From Eledone cirrhosa (taxonomy: Eukaryota), in the NCBI GenBank assembly GCA_964016885.1, contig CAXHJY010000386.1, forward strand, positions 1 to 64,000: a DNA stretch of 64,000 nucleotides, written 5' to 3'. The position numbers were made by a program, and so were the translations under genes. This document shows, in pieces, positions 13,225 to 24,867 of the stretch. Position 1 is the first letter of the stretch. Each line of letters starts with the position of its first letter. Under the pieces are notes generated by a model. The model made no database searches. It saw only the letters and a list, made by a program, of their open reading frames with translations, and was not told the origin of the DNA.

Positions 13225-13900
13225 ATAATATAGACGAGGTGTCAAATTATTTTCGCGTGGATAGACGTCAACAGATGCCATAACCCTCGTCACGAACAAA
13301 AAGAACAAAACAAACAGGGATTGGCTTGTGGTTTCTATCTGTTGGAGATGAGACTTAGGTACTTCTTTAAGAAACAGGTATATCGTAACTGTTGTCAACC
13401 CGGTTCTCTCTTTCTCTCTCTCTCTCACATGTAATTAAATTGTGTATATAGAGAATCATAAATGTATATATAAATTTACAGATTTTTAATATATAATATG
13501 CCAAATATACATATTTTGTAAATAGACTGAAGCCGCATGGCTGATTGATCAGAGAACTGGATTCGCAATCGTTAGGTTGTGAGTTCGATTCCTGGACTAG
13601 GCGATGCTTTATGTCCTTGAGCAAGGCACTTTATTTCATGTTGCTCCTTCTACCTAGAGTTGCGACCGATAGATAGTATTAACTATTAGAAAGACCAACG
13701 GAAACATTGTTTCCTCGGTCCGATTTGACAAAAGTCGATCGATATATATATATATATATTATATTTTAAATAGTTAAACAGATATATATATATTATATAT
13801 GTAGGAGGTGAGTTTTATTGTAGCACAATAAAGCAATGCAATGTTGATTTAAAACTTCACTATTCACAAGTGTTTTTTAAGCTTCATATCATGTATCCCT

Positions 13901-13969
13901 ATTTTATCTGATGTAAACGCAGATATCATCCCGTGATGATATTTGTTTTTGAAATGCGCATAATAAAAT
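13901..13969 (+). ncRNA. Minimal hammerhead motif with a core variant (CTGATGT)
   Basis: Stem I attttat/ataaaat, stem II cagatatcat/atgatatttg, GAAA (13951-13954), palindromic ATGCGCAT, AUA triplet. Confidence 0.65.
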
Positions 13970-13998
13970 ACTTGGAACTCTTTTAACCATCTTTTGAT

Positions 13999-14060
<62 letters not shown>

Positions 14061-16139
14061 GGGTCCTGAATATATACGGGGTCCTGAATCTTTTCATATA
14101 TATATATGTATATAGGAAAAGAGTCAGGACCCCGATGGGGTGCACTCTTTTCCTATTACCCACTCTACTACCCTAAGTATCGAGTACTCTGGTGCGTTAT
14201 GGTCCACCTGGTTCCTTACTACACTTTCTTTGTTTATATATATAACTTCCTTTTTGTATTTCTTGTGCAAGATTTCTTAACGTGTGTTGAAACAGATATT
14301 GTTATACTTTTTTTTGGGGGGGGGGGGGGCATGCTGCTAATAAAAACACACGCATCTGTAGGTTTTCACTTTAATTTATAACGAATTTCCAATTGGTTGG
14401 TTTAATAACGAGATGGTTGTTTATTTATTTTCAAAGCTCTTTCGTCCACATATTCTGTGACCTCCTGAGTGACTAATTTGTTATTTTGTGTCTCTCTTTT
14501 GTTTTGTCCCCCGATCTTGTTTTTTTAAAACAAAATAACAAATTAGTTAGGGAGGAAAAAGAATGTGTGACGAATGAGCTTTCACAATAAATAAACAACA
14601 ATCCGGTTATTAAACCAACCCACTGGAAATTTGTAATACATTAGCAGCATAACCCTCCCAAAGTATAACAGACACGCACACACATGTATATATAGAGAGA
14701 CATATAACTTCATAGAACGTGTCGGCTGCTTAGCACAAAACTTAATAACTTATACTTATCTCCCCCTCTCCCCCCACACACATACTCTCTCTCTTTCTCC
14801 TCCCCCTCTCTCTCAGTGATTAGAGAATTGGATTCGCAATCGTGAGGTTGCGAGTTCGATTCTCAGACCTGGCGATACGTTATGTCGTTGAGCAAGGCAC
14901 TTGATTTAACGTTGCTCCTTCTGCCAAGAGTTGCGACCGGTAGATAGTATCATCAATGGAAAGGCCAACGGAAACATTGTTTCCTCGGTCCGCTTTGACG
15001 AGGTCCACCCCCACCTGGTAAGCGAATGAGGTTGGGGATCTTCTCGATTGGTTTCATATATAATTGTTTCTACTTTAGGCACAAGGCCAGCAATTTGAAG
15101 GAGAGGAGAAAGTCGATTAAATCGACTCTAGTACATTACTGGTACTTTATTTTATCGACCCCGTAAGGATGAAAGGCAAAGCTAACCTGGGCGGGAGTTG
15201 AACTCAGAACGTAAAGGGCCGTAACTCTATCCTGCAAAGCTTGGTGTCCGACACTCTACCGATTCTGCCACCAATGAAATATATTTACTTTTATTATGGT
15301 AATCTGCCACGGTTTATATATTAAGTAGGTGAACAGGATGTGTAAACATTTCGGTTTGTATATGTGTTTATGTATATAAAACGAGATGATTAGCCTCTGG
15401 AATGTTTTCGATCATAAGTTTGCTCGGCCAAGGTCGACTTCGGGCTAAACAACACTCACGTCCACTTTTAAGTCGACAATAGTGAGGGTGGTAGTGACAG
15501 TGCTGTTTTAATAGTGGTGGTGATCGTGGAGGTGACTGTGTTGTAGTAGTGGTGATGGTAATGATGGTGGTGACGGTGTTGTAGTGGTGATTGTGGTGTG
15601 GTAATGGTGGTAATAGTGGCGGTGTTGTAGTAGTGGTGATGTTGTTGTTGTGGTGGTGGTGGTGGTGGCAAAGGTAGTGGTGATGGTGTTGGCGGAGGTG
15701 TGGTAGTGGTTGTTGACGGCCGTGGTGTTGGTGGTGATGTTGTAGAGGTGGCTGTGTTGCAGTGGTGGTAGTAGTAGTGGTGAAGGTGTGGTAGTGGTCG
15801 ATGAAGGCCTTGGTGTGGAAGTGGTGGTGGCATTAATTTTTGTGTTAACATTTCTAAAACCATAATTAACATTAAACGACTGGCTATAACAATCGCTATT
15901 TGTTACGTAATCACAAAATAATGATGCGTGTTGAAATTAACTTTGATTATGTCACGGCAAAGGAACTTTTCAGCTAACTTCTCATGGCACACCCAAAACT
16001 ATAGAAATACTTCCAATATTTGTATGTATATATGTGGGACCCAAATCTATCGAAATATTTGTATGGAACCTGTGATCGTAGTTGTTTTTGATAAAGAGGT
16101 GTTCTTTAACAGTCGTGTGTGTGTGTGTGTGTGTGCGCC

Positions 16140-16879
16140 ATCATCATCGTCGTTTTAACGTCCGCTATCCCTTCTAGCAAGGATTGGACGGGTCTACATT
16201 GACAAAGCCAGTGCTGAAGTGGGGCAACTGACCTCCCAGACAGACCAGGGATCTGTGTTTCGCTTATGTACGGTCTCACATTCTCTCTAGTGCACAGGAG
16301 AGGTTGTCATGTTTTTGACACAACTGTAGGTCTTCCCAACCATTTCTTTGGCAAGATTTCTACGAATGGATGCCCTTCCTATCACCAACCACTTCATAGC
16401 GTGTATTGGGTGCGTTTATTGTGTAGATCAGCGCTTCCCAACCTATGGCTAAAATGGGCCATGGCAAATTTCAGGTGGGCCACAGAAATTTTATAATTTT
16501 TATTGGAAAATATTGCTCCTTACAGCTATAATTGTATGTGTTCATTAAATAGACATATTTGTATCTTTATTGGATATATTCTCTATATAATGGGGCCTGT
16601 GCTGAAAAAGGTTGGGAACCACTAGTGTAGATCACCAAACAATAGGGAGGCTGTCATGTCTTTTACAGCGTGTACTGGGTGCATTAATGGTTGGGAAGAC
16701 CTACAGTTGTGTCAAAGATATGACAACCTCTCCTCTGCACTAGAGAGAATGTGAGACCGTACATAAGCGAAACACAGATCCCTGGTCTGTTTGGGAGGTC
16801 AGTTGCCCCACTTCAGCACTGGCTTTGTCAATGTAGACCCGTCCAATCCTTGCGAGAAGGGATAGCGGACGTTAAAACG
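16140..16879. repeat. Inverted pair (about 190-bp arms, 16150-16344 and 16687-16879) of an RTE-type 3' end
   Basis: cgttttaacgtccgctatccc...cttcccaaccatt is matched by its reverse complement aatggttgggaag...gggatagcggacgttaaaacg. Confidence 0.88.
16429..16624. mobile_element. hAT-type MITE
   Basis: Imperfect TIRs CAGCGCTTCCCAACCT and AGGTTGGGAACCACTA; perfect 8-bp TSD GTGTAGAT (16421-16428, 16625-16632). Confidence 0.85.
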
Positions 16880-16880
16880 T

Positions 16881-18260
16881 ACATACAGGTTGGTGCCCAC
16901 CAGGGCTCTGTTCTTAGCCCTCTCCTGTTCATCATAGTTTTGCAGGCAATAACAGAGGAGTTTAAGACCGGATGCCCATGGGAACTCCTGTATGCAGATG
17001 ACCTCGCACTTATAGCTGAATCTATGGTAGAACTAGAGAAGAAATTCCAAACATGGAAACGGGGACTAGAAAGAAAGGGTCTCAAAGTCAACCTGACAAA
17101 GACTAAGGTCCTTGTAAGTAGACGAGAAAACAGAACCCAGATCCCCTCAGAGAAATGGCCTTGCTCATTGTGTAGGAAAGGTGTAGGTAGCAACTCCATT
17201 CTCTTCCCCAAATGCAAACAATGGGTACACAAGAGATGTAGTGTGATCTCAGGAAGCTTAACTAAGAATGTAGGCTTCACATGTAGCAGCTGTGCTGGGA
17301 CAGCAAGCAGCAAACAGCCACAGGAAACAAGCACCACCAAACTCTGGGAGGGCTCTGTAGAAACAGTAGACAGCTTCTGCTACCTAGGTGACCAAATTAG
17401 CAGCGGAGGTGGGTGTTCGGAAAGTACAATAACTAGGGTAAGAACGGGATGGAAGAAGTTCAGGGAGCTACTGCCACTGCTAGCTGCAAAAGGCTTCTCC
17501 TTCAAAATGAAAGGCAGACTGTATGATGCGTGTATACGAACATCAATGTTACATGGTAGTGAGACCTGGGCGCTGTCTGTAGAAGACTTGTGTAGATTAG
17601 AAAGAAACGAAGCCTGCATGCTCCAATGGATGTGTAATAGTAATATACGTGAACGGCAAAGCATAAACGAATTGAGAGAGAGACTGAACATAAGAGGAAT
17701 CAAATGGTGTGTGCAGGAGAGGCGGTTGCATTGGTATGGACATGTGATGCGTATGAAGGATGACAGCTGCATAAAAAGGTGCAGAGCACTAGAAGTCGAT
17801 GGAAACCGCGGAGTGGGGAGACCCAAGAAGACCTGGGATGAGGTGATAAAAACTGACCTTACCCAATTACACCTCTCAAAGGTGATGACACACGACCGTC
17901 ACCTCTGGCGTCACGCAGTAATACAGAAGACCCGACCCCCCATGAGTACAAGCCGAAGCTGAAGCATATAGACAATATACCCCCACACCCTCCCACTGCA
18001 AAATGGTCGTGGAGGTGCCACGGCAAAAAAGCACCCAGCCCACACTGTAAAGTGGACGTGTAGGCACCACGGAAAAAAAGCACCCACCACTCACTGTAAA
18101 TGAGGCTTGTGTTAGGAAGGGCATCCAGTTGTAGAAATCAAGCCAGAATCAGTTCCCGTATGAGCAAGACATGGTCAGCCGACTGGACATTGCCCACAAC
18201 AGGACAACCCGTCTAACCCATGCTAGCGTGGAAGAACAGACGTAAAACGGTGATGATGAT
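16881..18260 (+). mobile_element. RTE-clade LINE, 5'-truncated (C-terminal RT half, 3' UTR with short tandem units, ATG tail)
   Basis: ORF 16751-17962 from QVGAHQGSVLSP through YADD, Cys/His finger, LHWYGHVMR and GRPKKTW; closely related to the 25221-27182 ORF. Confidence 0.93.
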
Positions 18261-18389
18261 ATATATATATGTGTATATATATGTGTGTGTGTGTGTTTAT
18301 ATATGTATGTGTGTGTATATAAGTATGTGTCTGTGTGTATATATGTGTTTATATATGTATATGTGTGTATATATATGTGCGTGTGTGTG

Positions 18390-18444
<55 letters not shown>

Positions 18445-18917
18445 AGAAAGCATGGTTGCACAGTAATAACCAGACAGCCATTATAAGAGAATCTTATTCA
18501 ACAAATTTCTATTAAAATATCTTTAGAATAAAAAGAAAGAGAAAAAGAAAACATGCAATAAGAAGTAGAAGGTTTTAATGGGAGTGGCAGATTTCACACT
18601 CCCAGTCTAGACTGTATACTACTTCAACAAAATGGCAAAAGTATTACCATGGAGATCAGCCAGCAACACCTACTTCACCAATCACACAACCTCATGCGGG
18701 AGACCCCTTCCTCGGGTAGGTTGTACTCCTCCCGATTTTGCATAGGAAAACATAAGTGGACACGAGAAGTCTCAAAGGTGGCTGGAATGGAAAGGAAAGG
18801 AAGCAGTCAGTAAAGTCCCAGTATTTGGTTATCTTTCTCTCCTCTACATTACAGATGGAGGTGCCTGGCCATTTGGCTGAAGCAACAATTTTGGAAGTGG
18901 AGATTGTGTCACAGCAT

Positions 18918-20322
18918 GGGACATCCCAATATTGGAGGTAGAGAATATGTGACAGTATGTGACATCCATATATTGGAGGTAGAGAATATGTGACAGTACG
19001 TGACATCCCAATGTTGGAGGTAGAGAATGTGTGACAGTACGTGACATCCCAATGTTGGAGGTAGAGAATGTGTGACAGTACGTGACATCCCAATGTTGGA
19101 GGTAGAGAATATGTGACAGTACGTGACATCCCAATGTTGGAGGTAGAGAATATGTGACAGTACGTGACATCCCAATGTTGGAGGTAGAGAATATGTGACA
19201 GTACGTGACATCCCAATGTTGGAGGTAGAGAATATGTGACAGTATGTGACATCCCAATGTTGGAGGTAGAGAATATGTGACAGTACGTGACATCCCAATG
19301 TTGGAGGTAGAGAATATGTGACAGTACGTGACATCCCAATGTTGGAGGTAGAGAATATGTGACAGTACGTGACATCCCAATGTTGGAGGTAGAGAATATG
19401 TGACAGTACGTGACATCCCAATGTTGGAGGTAGAGAATATGTGACAGTACGTGACATCCCAATGTTGGAGGTAGAGAATATGTGACAGTACGTGACATCC
19501 CAATGTTGGAGGTAGAGAATATGTGACAGTACGTGACATCCCAATGTTGGAGGTAGAGAATATGTGACAGTATGTGACATCCCAATGTTGGAGGTAGAGA
19601 ATGTGTGACAGTACGTGACATCCCAATGTTGGAGGTAGAGAATATGTGACAGTATGTGACATCCCAATGTTGGAGGTAGAGAATGTGTGACAGTACGTGA
19701 CATCCCAATGTTGGAGGTAGAGAATATGTGACAGTATGTGACATCCCAATGTTGGAGGTAGAGAATAGGTGACAGTACGTGACATCCCAATGTTGGAGGT
19801 AGAGAATATGTGACAGTACGTGACATCCCAATGTTGGAGGTAGAGAATATGTGACAGTACGTGACATCCCAATGTTGGAGGTAGAGAATATGTGACAGTA
19901 TGTGACATCCCAATGTTGGAGGTAGAGAATATGTGACAGTACGTGACATCCCAATGTTGGAGGTAGAGAATATGTGACAGTACGTGACATCCCAATGTTG
20001 GAGGTAGAGAATGTGTGACAGTACGTGACATCCCAATGTTGGAGGTAGAGAATATGTGACAGTACGTGACATCCCAATGTTGGAAGTAGAGAATGTGTGA
20101 CAGTACGTGACATCCCAATGTTGGAGGTAGAGAATATGTGACAGTACGTGACATCCCAATGTTGGAGGTAGAGAATGTGTGACAGTACGTGACATCCCAA
20201 TGTTGGAGGTAGAGAATGTGTGACAGTATGTGACATCCCAATGTTGGAGGTAGAGAATGTGTGACAGTATGTGACATCCCAATGTTGGAGGTAGAGAATA
20301 TGTGACAGTACGAGACATCCCA
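18918..20322. repeat. 41-bp minisatellite, about 34 highly homogeneous copies
   Basis: gtgacatcccaatgttggaggtagagaatatgtgacagtac. The 41-aa periodicity in all three minus frames confirms the period. Confidence 0.95.
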
Positions 20323-20410
20323 AGAATAGAGTCAGAGAACTTGTTGCAGCCTGTGACGTCCCATTGTAATAGTTCACTTTTATTTTCTACATACTTCAAA
20401 CAAAGATTAA

Positions 20411-20580
20411 CCCTTTAGCATTTACATTACTCTATGTTTACTATTATATTTTTACTATAAAGGCTTTAACTCACATAATTATCTCACATAATATCAGTAT
20501 GAGTGGCCAGGTACAGCCGGTTTGAACAGAAAGAGGTGAGAGAATTCTGGCTGGATATGGCCGGTTTAAATGCTAAAGGG
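20411..20580. mobile_element. piggyBac-like MITE (other copies 5662-5882, 28800-29020, about 23908-24387 with nested inserts, partial near 49070-49280)
   Basis: TTAA|CCCTTTAGCATTTA ... TAAATGCTAAAGGG|TTAA: TTAA TSD and CCC-starting TIRs, shared interior across copies. Confidence 0.85.
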
Positions 20581-21149
20581 TTAAGTCTTCTCTCAGCCTT
20601 AATGGTATGAATTCACAGTAGCTCAATAACAATCTGTTATTCCATAGTTTAGTAAAGTACAGGTGTGAAATGGACAATGACTGATGCATAAATATAATTT
20701 CAAGTTTTACTTTAACAATAAAAACAAGATATGAATAAAACATATTGTGACGTTTAAAAGAAATTTAAACGTTCAAGGAGTGATCAAAGCAAGTGTTAAT
20801 ATGTTTTTGTGATCGAGGGTAGCTTTAGAATGTGTCTGAGTAGCATTTTTCGGAAACATTTTTTATTCACACTCAGAGTTGCTGAAGCATGGAACAAACT
20901 ACCTGCACTGGTTGTTAGCTGTCGAGACACTGCATCCTTTAAACCCTCCATGCTTCCTGAGATTCGCCAACATTACACCTAATATTCCCCCTCCATACAC
21001 ACGCACACATGTATATCATGACTCATACACTATTCACTTCCCTGACACTTGTATATTATTCTATGTAGTATACATGCACCTTTGACGAGTTGTAGTGCAC
21101 CTGAGCACTGTACATAATAATTTCATTATTATTATCATTATTATTATAA

Positions 21150-21600
21150 AGCTATCTCTACAATTTGTGCCTTGGTATTTAGCATCATAAGCTAGCCCTA
21201 CAATTTGTACCTGGGTATTTAGCATCATATGTTGGCTCTACAATACATGCCTGGGTATTTAGTACCCTAGGCTAGCTCTACAATGTGTGCCTGAGTATTT
21301 ATCACCATCGGCTAGCTCTACAATGCAAACCTGGGTCTTAAGCACCCTAGTCTAGCTCTACAATGCAAACCTGGGTATTTAGCACCCTAGTCTAGCTCTA
21401 CAATGCAAACCTGGGTCTTAAGCACCCTAGTCTAGCTCTACAATGCAAACCTGGGTATTTAGCACCCTAGGCTAGCTCTACAATGTGTGCCTGGGTATAT
21501 AGTACCCTAGTCTGGCCCTACAATGTATACCTGGGTATTTAGCACCCTAGGCCAGCTCTACAATGGATGTCTGGGTATTTAGCATCCTATGAATAGCTTT
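21150..21600. repeat. 40-bp minisatellite, about 11 copies
   Basis: gctagctctacaatgcaaacctgggtatttagcaccctag. Confidence 0.9.
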
Positions 21601-24600
21601 ACACGATATACTCTCGTCTCTCTGTTATGTGCCCCATTCTTCCAAATCTTGCTCAGGTCCACTTTATCTTTCATCCCTTTGAGGTTGATAAAGAAATCTG
21701 CCCACTCTCTTTCCAATTGTCACACTGTGGATAATCCACTGGATCAACAGGATAGAGAGTTGTGAGGGTGCCAGTATCTGCTGGCACCTACACAGACACT
21801 CAAAACGCTTAGTGAAAGCATGGTATATACTACCAAATCATACTCAATTGCAAATGACAGTTGTAATTTTTTACTGTATATATACGCACATATATACTCC
21901 CTCTCACACACACATATATACTCTCTCTCTCTCACATATATACTCTCTCTCTCTCTCACACACACATATATACTCTCTCTCTCTCACACACACATATATA
22001 CTCTCTCTCTCTCTCTCACACACATATACTCTCTCTCTCACACACACATATACTCTCTCTCACACACACATATACTCTCTCTCTCACACACATATACTCT
22101 CTCTCTCTCACATATATATATATATACTCACACTCACACATATGTATTCACACACACATGCATATACACATATATAAATAGTGCCGATAGTTTCCAAAGA
22201 ATTAGATCAAGGGAAAACAAACACTAATGTCCAGAGCCAAAATATAGGAGTAAGATCTCTCAACACAAATGTATTTACCTGACTTATTAGTATCAGCCTA
22301 TTATTATTTATTATTATAATTAGTAGTATTATTAGGGTGGTGGATTGGCAGTATAGGTAGAGGGTCGGATGCCATGCTTAGCAGCATAGAGTTACGTCCC
22401 TTTGCGTTCTGAGTTCAAATCCCGCCAAGGGTCAACTTTGCCTTTCATCCTTACAAGGTCGATAAAATAAAGTACCAGTAATGTACTGGGTAATTGCTGG
22501 CCTTGTGCCAAAAGTAGAAACAATTATTATTTTTATTATTTCCATTATTTTTGTTATTATTATTATTGGATTGGCAGTATTGGTAGAGCATCAGACACCA
22601 TGCTTTGAAGCATAGAGTTACGGCCCTTTATATTCTGAGTTCAAATCTCACTGAGATTAGCTTTGCCTTTTGTCCTTATGGGGTCAATAAAATAAAGTAC
22701 CAGTAATGCACTGGGGTCGATTTAATCGACTTTTCCCTCTCTTTGAAATTGCTGGCCTTGTGCCTAACGTAGAAACAATTATTGCTCAAGCATCAGACAC
22801 CATGCATTGCAGGATAGAGTTATGGCCTTTTAGGTTCTGAGTTCAAATCTCACCAAGGTTAACTTTGCCTTTCATCCTTATGGGGTCGATGAAATAAAGC
22901 ACCAATAATGCGGTAATTGCTGGCATTGTGCCTTAAGTAGAAACAATTATTATTATTATTATGTTTACTATTATTAATACTTTCAGTATCTTTGTTTAAT
23001 CATAAGACTACTATTTATATCATTTTCCATATATGGTAGCTGGAAATTATTTGGTTATTCTAAAAAGAATATTAGTCTCCTGATTTTTTCATAGCAGAAT
23101 TTGTTCTTCTTGATTCACCTAATGAAATAATTCTCCTTGCATACATTTTGTTCCTCTCAAGAGAACATCTTCATGAGTTACCATTATCTCTTGCTATTTT
23201 CTTAAGACAATATTTGGTTGTAATTTTTCCCGCTTTAGGGTGAAAGTAGAAATTGCTTAAACTTTTAATCTGTAATTATCATTACACCTATATATACACA
23301 CGCACACAGACACACGGCTTAGTGGTTAGAGCATTTGGCTTGCAATCGTCTGTGGAACCTTCCTGCGACTAGATAAGGTTTATATCATTAGCAGTCTTCC
23401 TCTCGATTTCTCCTGTGCATCTTCTTCATGCAAAGTTCTCCCTTCCTGTTAGTCTACTTGTCATCCTACAACATCTTTTGTGTACCCAAGATTTACATTG
23501 TGTACACCGTATGGAGTTTATGCCTACTCCTATTTTGCATATTAAGCTGTGTATCTATTTTAAACCGGCATAAATAACCAAGATATTGACATCTCACTGG
23601 CTCAATCCAACAAGTTGTAAATAGGCACCATATGATGTCCGAGACAAATGTCATAGTCAAATATATACACACAGCTGTTATATTTTCTTAGAAACATGCT
23701 TTTAAAACTACATTATAAAAGTGTGTTTAAAAATCAATGGCTTTGAAAACAAAGTAATGTTTATTGATGATCTAAATATCAGAATATTACTACCTGGTTG
23801 GATCATGAAGTGGGATTGCACCCAGAACCATGAGGTTGTGAAACTTACTATTTAACAGTACAGAAATGTCTACACCTATCATGTTGTTACAGCTCACACC
23901 TATGCAACCCATTAGCATTTACATTATTCTATATATACTATTGTATTTTTGTGGTAAAGGCTTTATTTTAAATAATTATTCCACATAACATCAGAAGGCA
24001 CATGGCTTAGTGGTTAGAGCAATCGAAAGGTTGTGAGTTCAATTCTCAGACCGAGTGATATGTTGTTTCCTTGAGCAAGACACTTTATTTAACATTGCTC
24101 CAGTTTACTCAGCTGTAGAAATGAGATGATAGGGACTGGGGTCCCTATCATTCCACTGTGAAGGTGCCATAGCAAAAAAGCACCCAGCACTCACTGTAAA
24201 TGAGGTTGGTGTTAGGAAGGGCATCCAGCTGTAGAAATCAAGCCAGAATCAGTTCCCGTCCCACCCTTGCAAGCAGGGAAAAGCGGACGTAAAAATGATG
24301 ATGATGATGAATATCAAATCTACAAAATTTTGATGTTATTTATTTTGAGAACAATACCTTAACACAGCCAGTTTAAATGTTAAAGGGTTAACTAGCCTCC
24401 TTCAAGGTTGCATCTCATAAGAGTATTCTTAGGTGTTTTAATGATAGGCTCCCCTATCATATGTTGTCGCAGCTCACACCTATGTAGTTTTAGCTTGCCT
24501 CCAACAAGGCTATATCTCGTAGGAGTTCTCTCAAGTGTTTTAATTATAGGGGCCCCAATCTTTCTTATGTTGTTGATACAGCTCACACCTTTGCCAGTTT

Positions 24601-24867
24601 AGCATGATTACATCGGGTAAATTAACCCTGGAGACAGAAAAAAATGGTGGACAAAGCCACATGTATGAATCAATTGACTTTACCCTCCCAAAAAATTGTT
24701 GGTCTAAATTGTTGCCTAAATCAGAAACCATCATTTTTAGCATTACTTTTGGCTATTTGTTTACTTATACATACATATATATATATTTATTTATTATAAG
24801 AACAGGTTATAATAAATATTTGCTCTACGGCTTTATATATATTTTAGTTTTCACATTTATTATTACT

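Noticed and set aside
15468-15872. Pro/His/Thr-rich 134-aa ORF
   Set aside because: Degenerate (GGT)/(GTA) trinucleotide tract with no supporting splice or domain signal.
16751-16880. Novel N-terminal extension of the 403-aa RT ORF
   Set aside because: It is the right arm of an inverted repeat fused by chance in frame, with a GTG start.
18692-20399. 477-561-aa ORFs in three minus frames; CRISPR-like regularity
   Set aside because: A pure 41-bp tandem repeat with no unique spacers. The ORFs arise because the unit lacks stops on one strand.
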